From an uncultured Thermoleophilia bacterium (GTDB lineage: Bacteria > Actinomycetota > Thermoleophilia > UBA2241), in NCBI GenBank assembly GCA_963715985.1, contig CAVQSP010000021.1, positions 70,864 to 134,863 on the forward strand: a DNA stretch of 64,000 nucleotides, in the 5' to 3' direction. The notes under the pieces are model-generated. The model was given only the letters and a program-made list of their open reading frames with translations. It was not told the origin of the DNA and made no database searches. Both the position numbers and the translations under genes were made by a program. Positions 1-10,331 of this stretch are shown piece after piece. How positions within the stretch are numbered: position 1 is the stretch's first letter; every line of letters begins with the position of its first letter.

Positions 1-136
1 GTGGCCGGCGGGCTCCGCAAGGGGACTGTCCTGCTGTTCCTGAAGGGGAGTAGCGGGCACCGCCTACTCCATCGCGATCACGTGGGAGTGACGACCTCAC
101 CCTCGGCCGCTGACTCGCTTGAGTCCATTGTGTGGC

Positions 137-165
137 TTGATATGAGTGACATATGTGTACATACT
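137..165 (+). promoter_or_regulatory. sigma70-like promoter with palindromic operator of the TA operon
   Basis: TTGATA(137-142)-17 nt-CATACT(160-165); inverted repeat TATGT-gt-ACATA (152-163) overlaps the -10, as is typical of TA autorepression. Confidence 0.55.
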
Positions 166-186
166 TGTGGTCACGATTGGAGGTGG

Positions 187-477
187 ATGATGAAGTTCGT
201 CAGCGTTCGTGACCTGCGCGGCAAGGCGGCCGACATCTGGCGAGAGCTGCCCGAAGAGCGCGAGATGGTGATCACCAGTAACGGTCGCCCGATCGCCATC
301 CTCGCTGCTGTGGGCGAGTCCGACCTCGAAGAGGCGCTGGCGGCGTTCCGCAAGGCCCGGGCCATTGACGCCGTCGCATCGTTGCAGCTGCGTTCAGTCT
401 CAGCCGGCACAGATGCGCTCACCGCGGAAGATGTCGAGGCGGAGATCGCGACCGTGCGCGAGGCGCGCGCCCGTTGA
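187..477 (+). CDS. Phd/YefM-family antitoxin
   Basis: MKFVSVRDLRGK...EMVITSNGRPIAIL Phd-like N-terminus; stop overlaps the start of the PIN gene. Confidence 0.85.
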   Translation: MMKFVSVRDLRGKAADIWRELPEEREMVITSNGRPIAILAAVGESDLEEALAAFRKARAIDAVASLQLRSVSAGTDALTAEDVEAEIATVREARAR

Positions 478-890
478 GGATCGTCCTCGATACCAACGTG
501 CTCGTCTCCGGACTGCTCTCGCCGTTCGGTCCCCCGGGCGAGATCGTCCGCATGGTCTCGTCGGGGGCGCTCGTGTTGTGCGTCGACGCGCGAGTCCTTG
601 CGGAGTACGAGGAGGTCCTGGCACGGCCGAGGTTCGCGTTCGACCCCGGCGCAGTGGCCGCGCTGCTCGACTTCATCGCTGTCACGGCCGAGGTCGTTGC
701 ATCCCGGCCGCTGCCGAAGCGCTTGCCGGATCCCGACGACGAGCCGTCTCTCGAGATCGCGCTGGCCGGCAGCGCCGACTGCCTGGTGACCGGCAACACC
801 GCCCACTTCCCCCCCGGCTCCTGCGCCCCGATGGCTGTGCTCACGCCGGCGGAGCTGATCGAGGAGCTCCGCACGCGCTCCGTAGAGTGA
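474..890 (+). CDS. PIN-domain toxin (putative TA toxin, PIN family)
   Basis: RIVLDTNVLVS, EYEEVL, DPDDEP, LVTGNTAHF PIN motifs. Confidence 0.9.
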   Translation: MRIVLDTNVLVSGLLSPFGPPGEIVRMVSSGALVLCVDARVLAEYEEVLARPRFAFDPGAVAALLDFIAVTAEVVASRPLPKRLPDPDDEPSLEIALAGSADCLVTGNTAHFPPGSCAPMAVLTPAELIEELRTRSVE

Positions 891-969
891 GCCGCCGGTC
901 GGTGTCCCTACGCCTTGACCGGAGGCTGCCGCCGCCGTTGAATCTGAGGCGTCAACGCGACGGAGGGGC

Positions 970-2700
970 GTGATCTGGGTGACGGCGAACCGACCCGACG
1001 AACCACCGGCGGCGGACGCCGGCCGTACTCCGGCGGCGGACGCCGGCCTGAGCCGCCGCCAGTTCGTCGGCGGGGCGGCGGCCCTGGTGGCCGGCCTTGC
1101 GCTGCCCGCAGGTCTGGCCTTCCCCGCCGGCGCAGACGCGCGTGAGGCCGGCGGCGCGCTTGAGGCGCCGGGCAAGGGCAAGCCCTCGCGGCGCCCCAAC
1201 ATCATCATCCTCATGACCGACCAGGAGCGCACGCCGATGCACTGGCCGGACGGCTGGTACGACGCCAACCTGCCCAATCGCCGGCGGCTCGCGAAGCACG
1301 GCCTTACCTTCAACCGTGCCTTCTGCGCGGCCTCGATGTGCTCGCCGAGCCGCGCCACCATCTTCACGGGCGTGTATCCCGCCGAGCACGGCGTCAAGGA
1401 GGTGCTCCAGACCGGCACCGACCCTGACGTCATCACCCAGCACACGCTGCAACCCTCCCGCAAGAACATGGCCGACCTCCTCATCTCGGCCGGCTACGAC
1501 GTCCAGTACCGCGGCAAGTGGCACATGAGCAAGGATCCCAGCGGCACGCTGCTCGTCCAGAGCCGGCACGACCTCGAGCACTACCGCTTCAAAGGGTGGC
1601 TTCCGCCGGACGCCGGCAGCGACCAGTCGGCGCCCTTCCTCGGCGGCGGCGTCGCGGACTGGGACGGGCTCACCGCCGCCCAGGCCGCCGCCTTCCTCAA
1701 GGGCGCCGACCCGCGCGCCGCGAAGCCGTTCGCCCTCATCGTCTCGCTCGTCAACCCGCACGACATCATGGGCTACCCGCCCACGTGGGACACGCCGAGC
1801 GCCAGCGACATCTCCCCGTATGAGGGCACCGCGAACTACCTGGACGTCTACCCCGAGTGCGTCACCCAGGGCATCGAGATGCCCTCGACCTGGAACGAGG
1901 TCCTGCGCGACACCTTCAAGCCTCACTGCCAGTACCAGTCCACCGAGATGTGGTCGGCCGGGCTGGGTCCCGTGCGCTCGCCCGAGAGGATGCGGGACTA
2001 CGTCAACTTCTACGCGTACCTGCACAAGCGGTCCGACGAGGACATGGGCACCGTGCTCGACGCGCTGGAGGGCAACAAGGGACTCTACGACCGCACCATC
2101 GTCATCCGCCTCTCCGACCACGGCGAGATGGGTCTGGCGCACGGGGGCATGCGCGAGAAGGGCTACAACGCGTACGAGGAGACCATCCATGTGCCGCTGG
2201 TGGTCGCCAACCCCAGGCTGTTCCCCAAGCCCGTGCGGACCGACGCGCTGGCCTCCACCGTGGATCTGATGCCGACACTGGCGAGTCTGGCGGACGCACC
2301 GAAGCGCGCAGACTGGACCTTCCGCGGCCGCGACCTCACCCCCGTCATCCAGGCCGCCGTCGACCACCCGGGACGGCCGGCCGTGGGCGTGCAGGACTCC
2401 GTCGTGTTCACCACGGACGAGACCATCGGCTCGCGCCCGAGCGCGGACCCGGCCGGCCCTCTCATCAAGCAGCCGGCCCACATCCGCGCCATCCGCGAGG
2501 CGGACTGGATGTTCGCGATGTACTTCGACCCGGACGGCGTCGCCGATCCCGTCTTCGAGCTCTACGACCTGCGGGCCGACCCCGAGGAGCTGCGCAACAT
2601 GGCCGCACCCGACGGCCCGTACTACGACGCCGCCAAGGTCGCCGAGATGCAGGACAAGCTCGTCGCCCGGATGCAGGAGACGCACACGACGCCGGGATGA
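970..2700 (+). CDS. Tat-exported sulfatase-like hydrolase
   Basis: SRRQFVGG twin-arginine signal; PNIIILMTDQ; formylglycine motif CSPSR; GKWH; SDHGE; ELYDL..DPEE. Confidence 0.9.
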   Translation: MIWVTANRPDEPPAADAGRTPAADAGLSRRQFVGGAAALVAGLALPAGLAFPAGADAREAGGALEAPGKGKPSRRPNIIILMTDQERTPMHWPDGWYDANLPNRRRLAKHGLTFNRAFCAASMCSPSRATIFTGVYPAEHGVKEVLQTGTDPDVITQHTLQPSRKNMADLLISAGYDVQYRGKWHMSKDPSGTLLVQSRHDLEHYRFKGWLPPDAGSDQSAPFLGGGVADWDGLTAAQAAAFLKGADPRAAKPFALIVSLVNPHDIMGYPPTWDTPSASDISPYEGTANYLDVYPECVTQGIEMPSTWNEVLRDTFKPHCQYQSTEMWSAGLGPVRSPERMRDYVNFYAYLHKRSDEDMGTVLDALEGNKGLYDRTIVIRLSDHGEMGLAHGGMREKGYNAYEETIHVPLVVANPRLFPKPVRTDALASTVDLMPTLASLADAPKRADWTFRGRDLTPVIQAAVDHPGRPAVGVQDSVVFTTDETIGSRPSADPAGPLIKQPAHIRAIREADWMFAMYFDPDGVADPVFELYDLRADPEELRNMAAPDGPYYDAAKVAEMQDKLVARMQETHTTPG

Positions 2701-2773
2701 GGCGGGGTGACGCGGGCGGCGCGCAGTCGTCGGCCGCGTCATCGAGGGGGCGCTGCCCCCGCGGACTGCGCGG

Positions 2774-2947
2774 TCAGCCGTTCTGCAGCGCGGTGTAGGG
2801 GATGAGCCGCTTGTCGAAGGCGGTGCCCCTGAAGAGGCTGTAGATCAGGTAGCCGTCGCTGCACACCGTGATGATGACGGCGCCGTTGAGCTGCTGCGGG
2901 TTGTTCCCCGTGAAGGGGAAGTCCGAAGTGAGGTTGACGCTCGCCAT
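2774..2947 (-). CDS. small hypothetical protein (57 aa) or gene fragment
   Basis: Read manually: MASVNLTSDFPFTGNNPQQLNGAVIITVCSDGYLIYSLFRGTAFDKRLIPYTALQNG*; almost all third codon positions are G/C. Confidence 0.4.
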   Translation of the reverse strand: MASVNLTSDFPFTGNNPQQLNGAVIITVCSDGYLIYSLFRGTAFDKRLIPYTALQNG

Positions 2948-2959
2948 GCGCGTGCTCGG

Positions 2960-2982
2960 CTACCCGCCGATCTGGCTGGGCA
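2960..2982 (-). repeat. duplicated 3' end of the activase gene (partner at 4027-4049)
   Basis: CTACCCGCCGATCTGGC(T/A)GGGCA, 22/23 identical; both copies encode ...P(S/C)QIGG* on the minus strand. Confidence 0.75.
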
Positions 2983-3137
2983 GGCCGGCGCGCTCCGTCT
3001 CAGGCCAGCACGGATGACGATGCTGCGCGCCTCTTGCGCACCGTCTGGCGCGGCCGTAGTGTGCGATCAGGCCATCGCGAGGTTGTCATTTGACAACCTC
3101 GCGAAGGCGGCCGATACTGAGATCGCGATGGAGCGTC

Positions 3138-3409
3138 ATGCCCAGACGGCCGCACCCGGATCCCCATGTGGAGAGCGCAGTCCGCTATGCGGAGGACCGA
3201 GGCTGGCGCGTCGAGCTGTCAGGAGCCCGAGCGACGGATGGGGCAAGATGTTCTGCCCCTGCAATGACCCCGACTGCCGGTGCGGAGAGTTCTGCATCAC
3301 CGTGATCTGGGGTACCCCGAGGCACCCGGAGAATCACGCTCGGCAGCTCCGTCGGGTCGTGGACGGATGCATCCGAGAGCACGGTGAGAACGAGGACATC
3401 GAGGGCTGA
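3138..3409 (+). CDS. HicA-like putative toxin (frameshift near 3230)
   Basis: MPRRPHPDPHVESAVRYAEDRGWRVE joined to GWGKMFCPCNDPDCRCGEFCITVIWGTPRHPENHARQL. Confidence 0.6.
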
Positions 3410-3412
3410 CCG

Positions 3413-3999
3413 TTGAGCGAGTTCGAGTTCACACTGACGATCGCCCTCGCCTCACCTGACGCCGACGTGGACGACCTTGTCGAGAGACTGGGCGACGCCG
3501 GTTGCGACGACGCGGTGGTGGGCATCGGCCGTCGCGGACGCCTTGCCCTGGGGTTCACGCGCGAGGCTGAGGATGCTCCTCAAGCCGTGATGGGAGCGAT
3601 CGCGGACGCGGCGCGAGCGATTCCAGACGGCACGCTGGTCGAGGCTGCCCCAGACTACGTCGGGCTGTCCGACATCGCTTCACTCCTGCACGTGTCTCGC
3701 CAGAACATGCGCAAGATGCTCGTGCTGGGTGATGCCTTTGCTCTCCAGCCGCTTCACGTAGGCCACCCCACGATCTGGCGACTGGCGAAGGTCCTCCAGT
3801 ATCTACGGGATGAGAGGGCCTACGCCGTGCCGCCGGGGCTCGTCGACGTGGCGCTCATCACCATGCAAGTGAACATCGCCGTTGACGCACGTCACGCCGA
3901 TCGTGGCATACAGAGAGCGATGTCCGGTCTCCTCGGTGTCCCAGGCGCTCCGGGCAAGCATGCCCAGTGGCGGCACGCGACGCGCAACGCGCGCCGTAG
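3413..3999 (+). CDS. HicB-like DNA-binding antitoxin (3' end uncertain)
   Basis: EFEFTL...LVERLGDAGCDDAVVGIG...FTREA...PDYVGLSDIASLLHVSRQNMRK (HTH); the ORF track reads through into the activase antisense strand. Confidence 0.65.
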
Positions 4000-4026
4000 G
4001 CGTCCCGCTCCGGTGGGCCGGCGCCC

Positions 4027-4959
4027 CTACCCGCCGATCTGGCAGGGCACGCCCTCGTGTTCGACCACGTCGGCGAGGGCGCGCAGGGCCTCGGCGCTCG
4101 GTGGCTCGAGGTCCTCGAGGTCGTACTCGCGGCCGAGGCGGCGGTACTTGTCCAGGCCGAGGCGGTGGTACGGGAGCAGCTCGACGCGCTCGGCGAGGGG
4201 GCCGGCGGCCACGAAGGCGGCGATGCCGCGGACGTTCTCCGCCGAGTCCGTGAAGCCGGGGACGACGGGGATGCGCACGATGATGCGGGCGCCGGTCGCG
4301 GCGAGGTGCTCGAGGTTGGCGAGGATCGTCGCGTTGTCCACGCCGGTCAGGCGCTCGTGCTCGGCCGGGTCGATGGCCTTGAGGTCGTAGTAGAAGAGGT
4401 CCGTACCTGGCCCCAGGCGCGCGAGCTCGGGCCAGGGGCCGTGGCCGCAGGTCTCTACCGCAGTGTGGATGCCCTCCTTGCGGCACAGCGCCAGCAACTG
4501 CTCGGCGAAGCCGGCCCACAGCATCACTTCGCCGCCGCCGAGCGTGACGCCGCCGCCCGACCTGCGGTAGAAGGCGGCGTCCTGGCGGATCTCGTCCATC
4601 AGCTCGGGCAGCGTCACGCTGCGCCCCAGCATCATCCGCGCGTCGGCGAAGCACACCTCGCGGCACTCGCCGCAGTCGGTGCAGCGCTCGCGGTCGGTCT
4701 CCGGGCGGCCGCCGGCGCTGGCGATCACGGCCGCCTGCGGGCAGCGCTCCACACATGCGAGGCAGCACAGGCAGCGGTTGTCGAAGTACACCATCTGCCC
4801 GCTGGGCGCGTGCGACTCCGGGTTGCTGCACCACAGGCAGCGGAGCGGGCAGCCCTTGAAGAAGACCAGCGTGCGGATGCCCGGCCCGTCGTGTACGGCG
4901 AACTTCTGGACGTCGAAGACGACGGCCACGTCCGCGGCGACGGTCCGGGCGGAGCTCAC
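4027..4959 (-). CDS. glycyl-radical enzyme activating protein (radical SAM)
   Basis: HDGPGIRT, GCPLRCLWCSNPES, two CxxCxxCxxxC ferredoxin clusters, GGGVTLGGGE, ELLPYH. Confidence 0.95.
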   Translation of the reverse strand: MSSARTVAADVAVVFDVQKFAVHDGPGIRTLVFFKGCPLRCLWCSNPESHAPSGQMVYFDNRCLCCLACVERCPQAAVIASAGGRPETDRERCTDCGECREVCFADARMMLGRSVTLPELMDEIRQDAAFYRRSGGGVTLGGGEVMLWAGFAEQLLALCRKEGIHTAVETCGHGPWPELARLGPGTDLFYYDLKAIDPAEHERLTGVDNATILANLEHLAATGARIIVRIPVVPGFTDSAENVRGIAAFVAAGPLAERVELLPYHRLGLDKYRRLGREYDLEDLEPPSAEALRALADVVEHEGVPCQIGG

Positions 4960-7405
4960 CCCTGCCAGCTTGCGTGCTCCGTGCGGGCGATGATGTCGTC
5001 CTGCATCTCGCGGCAGAGGTCGGCGAAGAAGGCGCTGTAGCCGGCCACGCGGACCATGAGGCCCTGGAACTCCTCCGGGCGCTCCTGGGCGGCGCGCAGG
5101 GTGGCGCCCGTCACGACGTTGAACTGGATGTGGTAGCCGCCCAGGTCGAAGAACCCGCGGATGAGGGCGGCAAGGTTGTCGAGGCCGCGGTCGTCGCTGA
5201 CGAGCTCCGGGTTCAGCTTGACGTTGAGCAGGGTGCCGGCCGTGTGGCGTTCGTGGTGGATGGCGGCCACCGACTTGATGCTGGCCGTGGGTCCGCGCTT
5301 GTCGTAGCCGTGGAACGGCGAGCAGCCGTCGGCGAGCGGCGTCCAGGCGCGGCGGCCTGACGGCAGCGCGCCCACCACCTTGCCGTGCGGCACGTGCGAC
5401 GAGACGGGGTAGAGGCCGTTGATCGTCGCGCAGCCGAGCAGGCCGCGGTACGACTCGACTTCGTCGGCGACGAAGTCGGTGAACTCCGTGGCCAGCGCGT
5501 CCACGTCGGCGACGTCGTTGCCGTACTTGGGTGCGCGGTTGACCAGCATCGCGTGCACGCGTCCGTCGTGCGCGAAGTCGGTGCGCAGCGTCTCGACGAG
5601 CTCGTCCATGCTGACGGCGTGCTCGTCGAACACGAGCTTCCTTACAGCGGCGAGCGAGTCAACGAGGTCGGCCACTCCGGTGCCGATGAAGGCGGGGCCG
5701 GCGTTGTACAGGGCCCCGCCGTCGATCATGTCGCGGCCACTCTCCACGCAGCCTTCGACCAGGGCCGACGAGAGCGGCTTGGGCAGGAAGATGGCGTGGC
5801 CTTTCTGCGCCACCAGGTTGGCGACGGCGATGTGGCGGATGAAGAAGCGCAGCTGCTCTTTGACCGCCTCTTTGAACTCGTCGAAGTCGGCGAAGGATGA
5901 GGCCGGCGGCGTCTCTGCTCCCAGTACCTGGCCGTCGGCCCAGTTGCGACCGCCGTCGAGGGCGAACTGCACGGCGGCCCCGAAGTTGTAGTGGCCGCCG
6001 TCCGACCACTGGCTCATCTTGCCGTGGATGTTGGGCTCCACGCAGCCGACCATGCAGTAGTCGGCGAGGTCGTGCTCGGGGATGCCTTTGCGGCGCATCA
6101 TCGCGATGGTCGTGTCAACGCTGTGCAGGGCGGGGAAGCCGGTGCCCAGGCGGATCAGTCTGCAGATGTGACGCAGGAACTCGGGCGGGGTGCCGTCGTG
6201 GATGAAGGCCGAGAGCGACGGCTGGTGCAGGCGCACGTCCATGGACGCCTGCACGATGAGGTACGAGAGCTCGTTGGTGGCGTCGGAGCCGTCGGCGTTG
6301 GTACCCCCGGCGCTGAGGTTCTGGAAGGGCATGTAGCCGGCGAAGTACTTGGTCGCGTTCTCGTTGAGGATCCAGGTCATGCCGGCCATCTTCACCCACA
6401 GGCACTCGAGCAGCTCCAGCGCCTCGTCCCGGGTCAGCCGACCGGCCTCGAGGTCGGCCCGGTAGAACGGGCTCGAGGTAGTGGTCCATCCGGCCCGGGG
6501 AGTAGGAGGGGCCGTTCTCTTCGAGCAGCAGCATGACCTGCGCGAACCAGATGAGCTGCAGGGCCTCGCGGAAGGTGGCGGGCGGCTCGGTGCCGACCCT
6601 GCGGCATACGGCCGCGATCTCGCGCAGTTCGGCCGCGCGCCGGGGCGAGGCCGGCGTGCCGTCGGCGGCCGGCCGCTCGGCATCTTCTGCCAGCCGCTCG
6701 GCTTCGCCGGCGTAGCGGCCGGCCAGCACGTCCGCGGCCTCGCAGACGACCACGACCGACTCCAGAAAGCGGAGGCTGTCGTAGTCGTCCGGGTCCGCCG
6801 CGTCCAGCGCGGCGATGCGCTCGCGGGCGGAGGCGGCGATGCCGCCGAAGCCTTTCTTCATGAGGATGTTGCCGTAGCCGGGGCTGAACTCGCCGGGGCC
6901 GTTCTGGGACTTCAGCTCGATGTCGATGATGCCGGTGTCCACGGCGATGCGCTTCGTGTCCTCGGGCAGATTGGCGAGGTAGTACTCCTCCATGGACCGC
7001 CCGACCCAGTACGGGAAGACCTCGTCGCGGAGCACACGCTTCTGCTCCTCGGTGATGTCGTAGGGGTCCTGCTCGCGGGTGGCGATGGTGTCCAGCTCGG
7101 CCTCCAGCCAGCGCCACGAGATCTCGGGGCAGATGACGGCGCCGCGCGGCTGGAAGGCGGGCATGCCGACGATGAGCTCGTCGGGGAGGATGGTGACGGA
7201 CTTCTCCGCGCATACGCGCTTGAGGGCCGCGGCGCGGCGCACGTCCCGTGGCGAGTCCCTCGGTCTCCTGATAGGCCCGCGTGTACGCGAGGGCGCGCTC
7301 GACGCAGATCGCGGGACGGAACGTGAAGTAGTGCTCGCGCAGGCGCGCGACCCGGTCGGTGCACGGGCCCGGCTCGCGCTCGGTCTCCCAGGCCACCATC
7401 GCCAT
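4956..7405 (-). CDS. glycyl radical enzyme (PFL/diol-dehydratase superfamily); frameshifts near 6475 and 7250
   Basis: DELIVG, MVGCVEP catalytic Cys motif, PKYGND, HIQFNVV, C-terminal VRVAGYSAFF glycyl radical motif; adjacent activase. Confidence 0.92.
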
Positions 7406-7644
7406 TGGCGTCACCTCTCCGTTTGGGCCGGCGTCTCGGCCGGCGAGGCTGTTCGTGGGCCGGCGGCTCGTCGCGGCGCCGGTGAAGCTGCTCACGCCGG
7501 CATCTGCCGGGTCTTCTCCACCGATAGTAGAGGACTCCGCGCCCGGCGTCGACGATTCGAGTGTGGCCGGCCACAGAGGTGGCGGCGCCCGCCCGTTCGC
7601 CGCCCGCCAGCCCGCGTCCGCCGCCGCCAGCCGCCGCCAGCCGC

Positions 7645-7730
7645 CGCCCGCGAGCCCGCCGCCCGAAGCCCGCCGCCCGCGAGCCCGCCGCCCGCGAGCC
7701 CGCCGCCCGCCGGAGCCCGCCGCCCGCGCA
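7645..7730. repeat. GC-rich ~15-bp tandem repeat (GAGCCCGCCGCCCGC, ~5 copies)
   Basis: Directly visible imperfect tandem array between the SDR and GRE genes. Confidence 0.7.
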
Positions 7731-7988
7731 GCCCACGGCTGCCGGGGGCATGATTCGACTCTCGGTTTCAAGCAAGAGCACCGTTGGGCGTACGCTCAAT
7801 TGAAACAGCGGATCGGAACGCTCCCGCCGGCTGGGATGTCGTGAGCGCGAGGCCGGGCGATGGTGCGCGCAGGGCCAGGCGATGGTGCGCGCGAGGCCGG
7901 GCCGTCGGTGGGCGCTGCAGCCGGCCGAGCCGCCGACCGAGCCGCCGGCCTGAGTCCTGGGCGGCCGTGCAGGCCGTGACGAGCGTCG

Positions 7989-8749
7989 TCAGATGACCGT
8001 GCGGCCGCCATCCACCATGAGCGTGTGGCCGACCACCATGCCGGCGGCGTCCGAGGCCAGGTACACGGCCGCGCCAACGATCTCCGGCGGCTGCCCCACG
8101 CGGCCCACCGGCAGCGCGTCCAGGATCCAGGTGCGGTACTCCTCGGTATCCAGGTACGGCGCGATCATGGGCGTGTCGAAGTCGCAGGGAGCGATGGCGT
8201 TGACGTTGATGCCGTGCTTGATCCAGTCGACGGCCAGCACACGCGTGAGCTGGTTCACCGCGCCCTTGCTGGCGCAGTACGCGGGCTGGTTGGGCACGCC
8301 GAGGTAGGCGTCGGTGGAGCTGAAGTTGATGATCTTGCCCGAACCCTGGGCGATCATCAGGCGGCCGACGGCGCGACACATGAAGAAGGTGCCGTTAAGG
8401 TTCGTGTTCATCACGCGCTGCCATTCGGCGTCACTGAGGTCCTCCGCCGGCCCGGTGAGGAAGACGCCGGCCGCGTTGACGAGGATGTCGATGCGGCCGA
8501 GATGCTCGGTGCGCGGCCGCCACTGCCGTCTGCACGGCGGCCGCGTCGCTCACGTCGCAGGGGAAGAACCTGGCGCGCGGGCCCAGCCGCTCCGCGGCCT
8601 CCCTCCCGCGCTCCTCGTTACGACTCGGCGATGGCCACGTCCACGCCGAGCGTGACGTAGCCTCGGGCGATCGCGTATCCGAGGCCCGTCGCGCCGCCCG
8701 TGATGAGCGCCTTCTTGCCCTCGAGCGAGAACATCCGCGTGTAGTCCAT
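7989..8749 (-). CDS. SDR oxidoreductase (gluconate 5-dehydrogenase/KduD-like); frameshifted
   Basis: LEGKKALITGGATGLG, LVNAAG, NLNGTF, YCASKG, INVNAIAP, VDGG. Confidence 0.88.
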
Positions 8750-8809
8750 GTCGCCCCCCTCTGGTGTGCGAGAAGGCCCCAGTATCGGCCTCCGGCAGCG
8801 GGCGTGGCA

Positions 8810-9183
8810 AGGTGATCGTCGTGCACACGGAAGGCCGCAAGGCGGACCTCGCCCGTATCTACTCGCGGCGCTGGTTCTCGCAGCCTCCCCTCGTCCTGGC
8901 GGTGGTCTCCCTCCCCGGCGCCGCGTGGCGAAGGGTCGACGACAAGCCCTACGACGAGGTCGACGCGACGATCGCGATGGATCACATCATCCTCGCGGCC
9001 ACCAGCCTCGGACTGGGCACGTGCTGGGTGGCCGACTTCGACCCGGTCGCCGCGCGTCAGGTGCTCGGGTTGCCGGACGACGTGGAGCCCGTCGCCTTCA
9101 CCCCGCTCGGTCACCCTGCCCGCGAGGCTCCGCGCAAGCGCCGTCGGCCCCTCGAGCAGCTCGTGCGCTACGAGCGCTGGTAG
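8810..9183 (+). pseudogene. nitroreductase family protein, N-terminally truncated
   Basis: VDATIAMDHIILAATSLGLGTCWV...TPLGHP...RRPLEQLV; the N-terminal RRSIR/APSA..N.QP region is absent. Confidence 0.65.
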
Positions 9184-9191
9184 GACGCGGC

Positions 9192-9488
9192 TCAGCCGCG
9201 ATCGATCTCCTCCAGGTGCCGCTCCCCGGGTTCGCCGCCCAGCATGGGGGCCAGCATCTCCATGAACCCGGTCTCGGTACGCCAGGCGTCGTAGGTGAGG
9301 TAGTGCTCGAGCGTCTCCCAGCGCTCCACGATAGAGACCATCGCGGCGTCATCGTGGTCGCCGCACAGAGACGCCCCCCGGCAGCCCGCGAACGCGCGCG
9401 TGTCCTTGAGCGCCGTCCGCAGCGCGGCGACGAGCTCGTCCTTGCTCTGCGGCTTCGCCGGCAGATCGACGATCACGATCGCACCCAC
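9192..9488 (-). CDS. ABM-domain (putative quinol monooxygenase) protein
   Basis: DTRAFAGCRG...IVERWETLEHYLTYDAWR; GGAGG RBS upstream of GTG. Confidence 0.75.
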   Translation of the reverse strand: MGAIVIVDLPAKPQSKDELVAALRTALKDTRAFAGCRGASLCGDHDDAAMVSIVERWETLEHYLTYDAWRTETGFMEMLAPMLGGEPGERHLEEIDRG

Positions 9489-9740
9489 AGCACACCTCCC
9501 GGTTCCTCGTCCGCCGGCGCGGCCATGGCTCAGCGCCGGCGTCGTCCATCCTGGCAACGCGACGTCGCCATGGTAGACGCGCGTGCCGGGCTCGTACAGA
9601 GCGAGGCATGAGACCGCGAGCGCGTCTCCAATCCTGTCAACATGGGCGTTCGTTCCATGCAGAGTCGGGCGCTGCGGCCGACTCTTCTAGATGTCACAAG
9701 CCCCCGCCGGCACCGGCCGACTCGTTCCGGGAGGTCGCTC

Positions 9741-10280
9741 ATGCAAGTGCTCATCGCCCACAGAGACGCGCGAGTCAGAGCGTCGCTCACGAAGGCGATA
9801 ACGGGCGGGCTCGACTCAGATCTCGACGTCGTGGAGCGCGACAGGGGCACCGCGGCGCTCGAGCTCCTCCTTCAAGAGAACGCGCCTCGGCTCGCCGTCG
9901 TCGACTGGGACCTGCCCGGGCTCGACGGCCCGGAGCTCTGCCGCATCGTGCGCGACTTCCACCTCGGCGGCCCTCCCTACGTCGTACTACTCGCCTCCGC
10001 GGATCATCCAGACGTGGAGGAGGGGCTTCTCGCCGGGGCCAACGACTGCATCCGCACCCCGGCCCGTGCCTCGGAGATCAAGGAGCGCGTGGAGGCCGGC
10101 AGGAGCTTCATCGAGGTGCCGTGGGAGTGCGCCTCCCGCAACTTGGGCCTCGAGGCGGTCATCGCGCACGACGACGAGGACGAAGCGTGGGGCGGGCCCG
10201 CGGGCGGCTCGGCCGGCGCGGGCTCGGGGTCTTCGTCGCCGGCCAGGGCCGAGCTGCAGGCGGTGCTGCACCAGCTGTGA
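9741..10280 (+). CDS. response regulator receiver-domain protein
   Basis: PRLAVVDWDLPGLDGPELCR, GLLAGANDCI. Confidence 0.75.
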   Translation: MQVLIAHRDARVRASLTKAITGGLDSDLDVVERDRGTAALELLLQENAPRLAVVDWDLPGLDGPELCRIVRDFHLGGPPYVVLLASADHPDVEEGLLAGANDCIRTPARASEIKERVEAGRSFIEVPWECASRNLGLEAVIAHDDEDEAWGGPAGGSAGAGSGSSSPARAELQAVLHQL

Positions 10281-10309
10281 GCCTGGCCTCGTGCCCCGGT
10301 GCGTGACGC

Positions 10310-10331
10310 GAAGCCGCCTTCGGGCGGCTTC
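10310..10331. terminator. hairpin / putative terminator
   Basis: GAAGCCGCC-TTCG-GGCGGCTTC perfect stem with a UUCG loop, downstream of the response regulator. Confidence 0.55.

Noticed and set aside
952-2742. Long antisense and alternate-frame ORFs (e.g. 952-2742 -, 12760-14787 +, 45658-47307 -, 56390-57754 -)
   Set aside because: Shadow ORFs caused by high GC, lying opposite clearly identifiable genes
3999-4390. HicB-like ORF extending to 325 aa over the activase
   Set aside because: The tail is low-complexity antisense read-through; the real protein likely ends near 3950-4000
7590-7730. GC-rich short repeats as a possible CRISPR or iteron array
   Set aside because: Contiguous low-complexity ~15-bp tandem units with no unique spacers and no cas or rep gene
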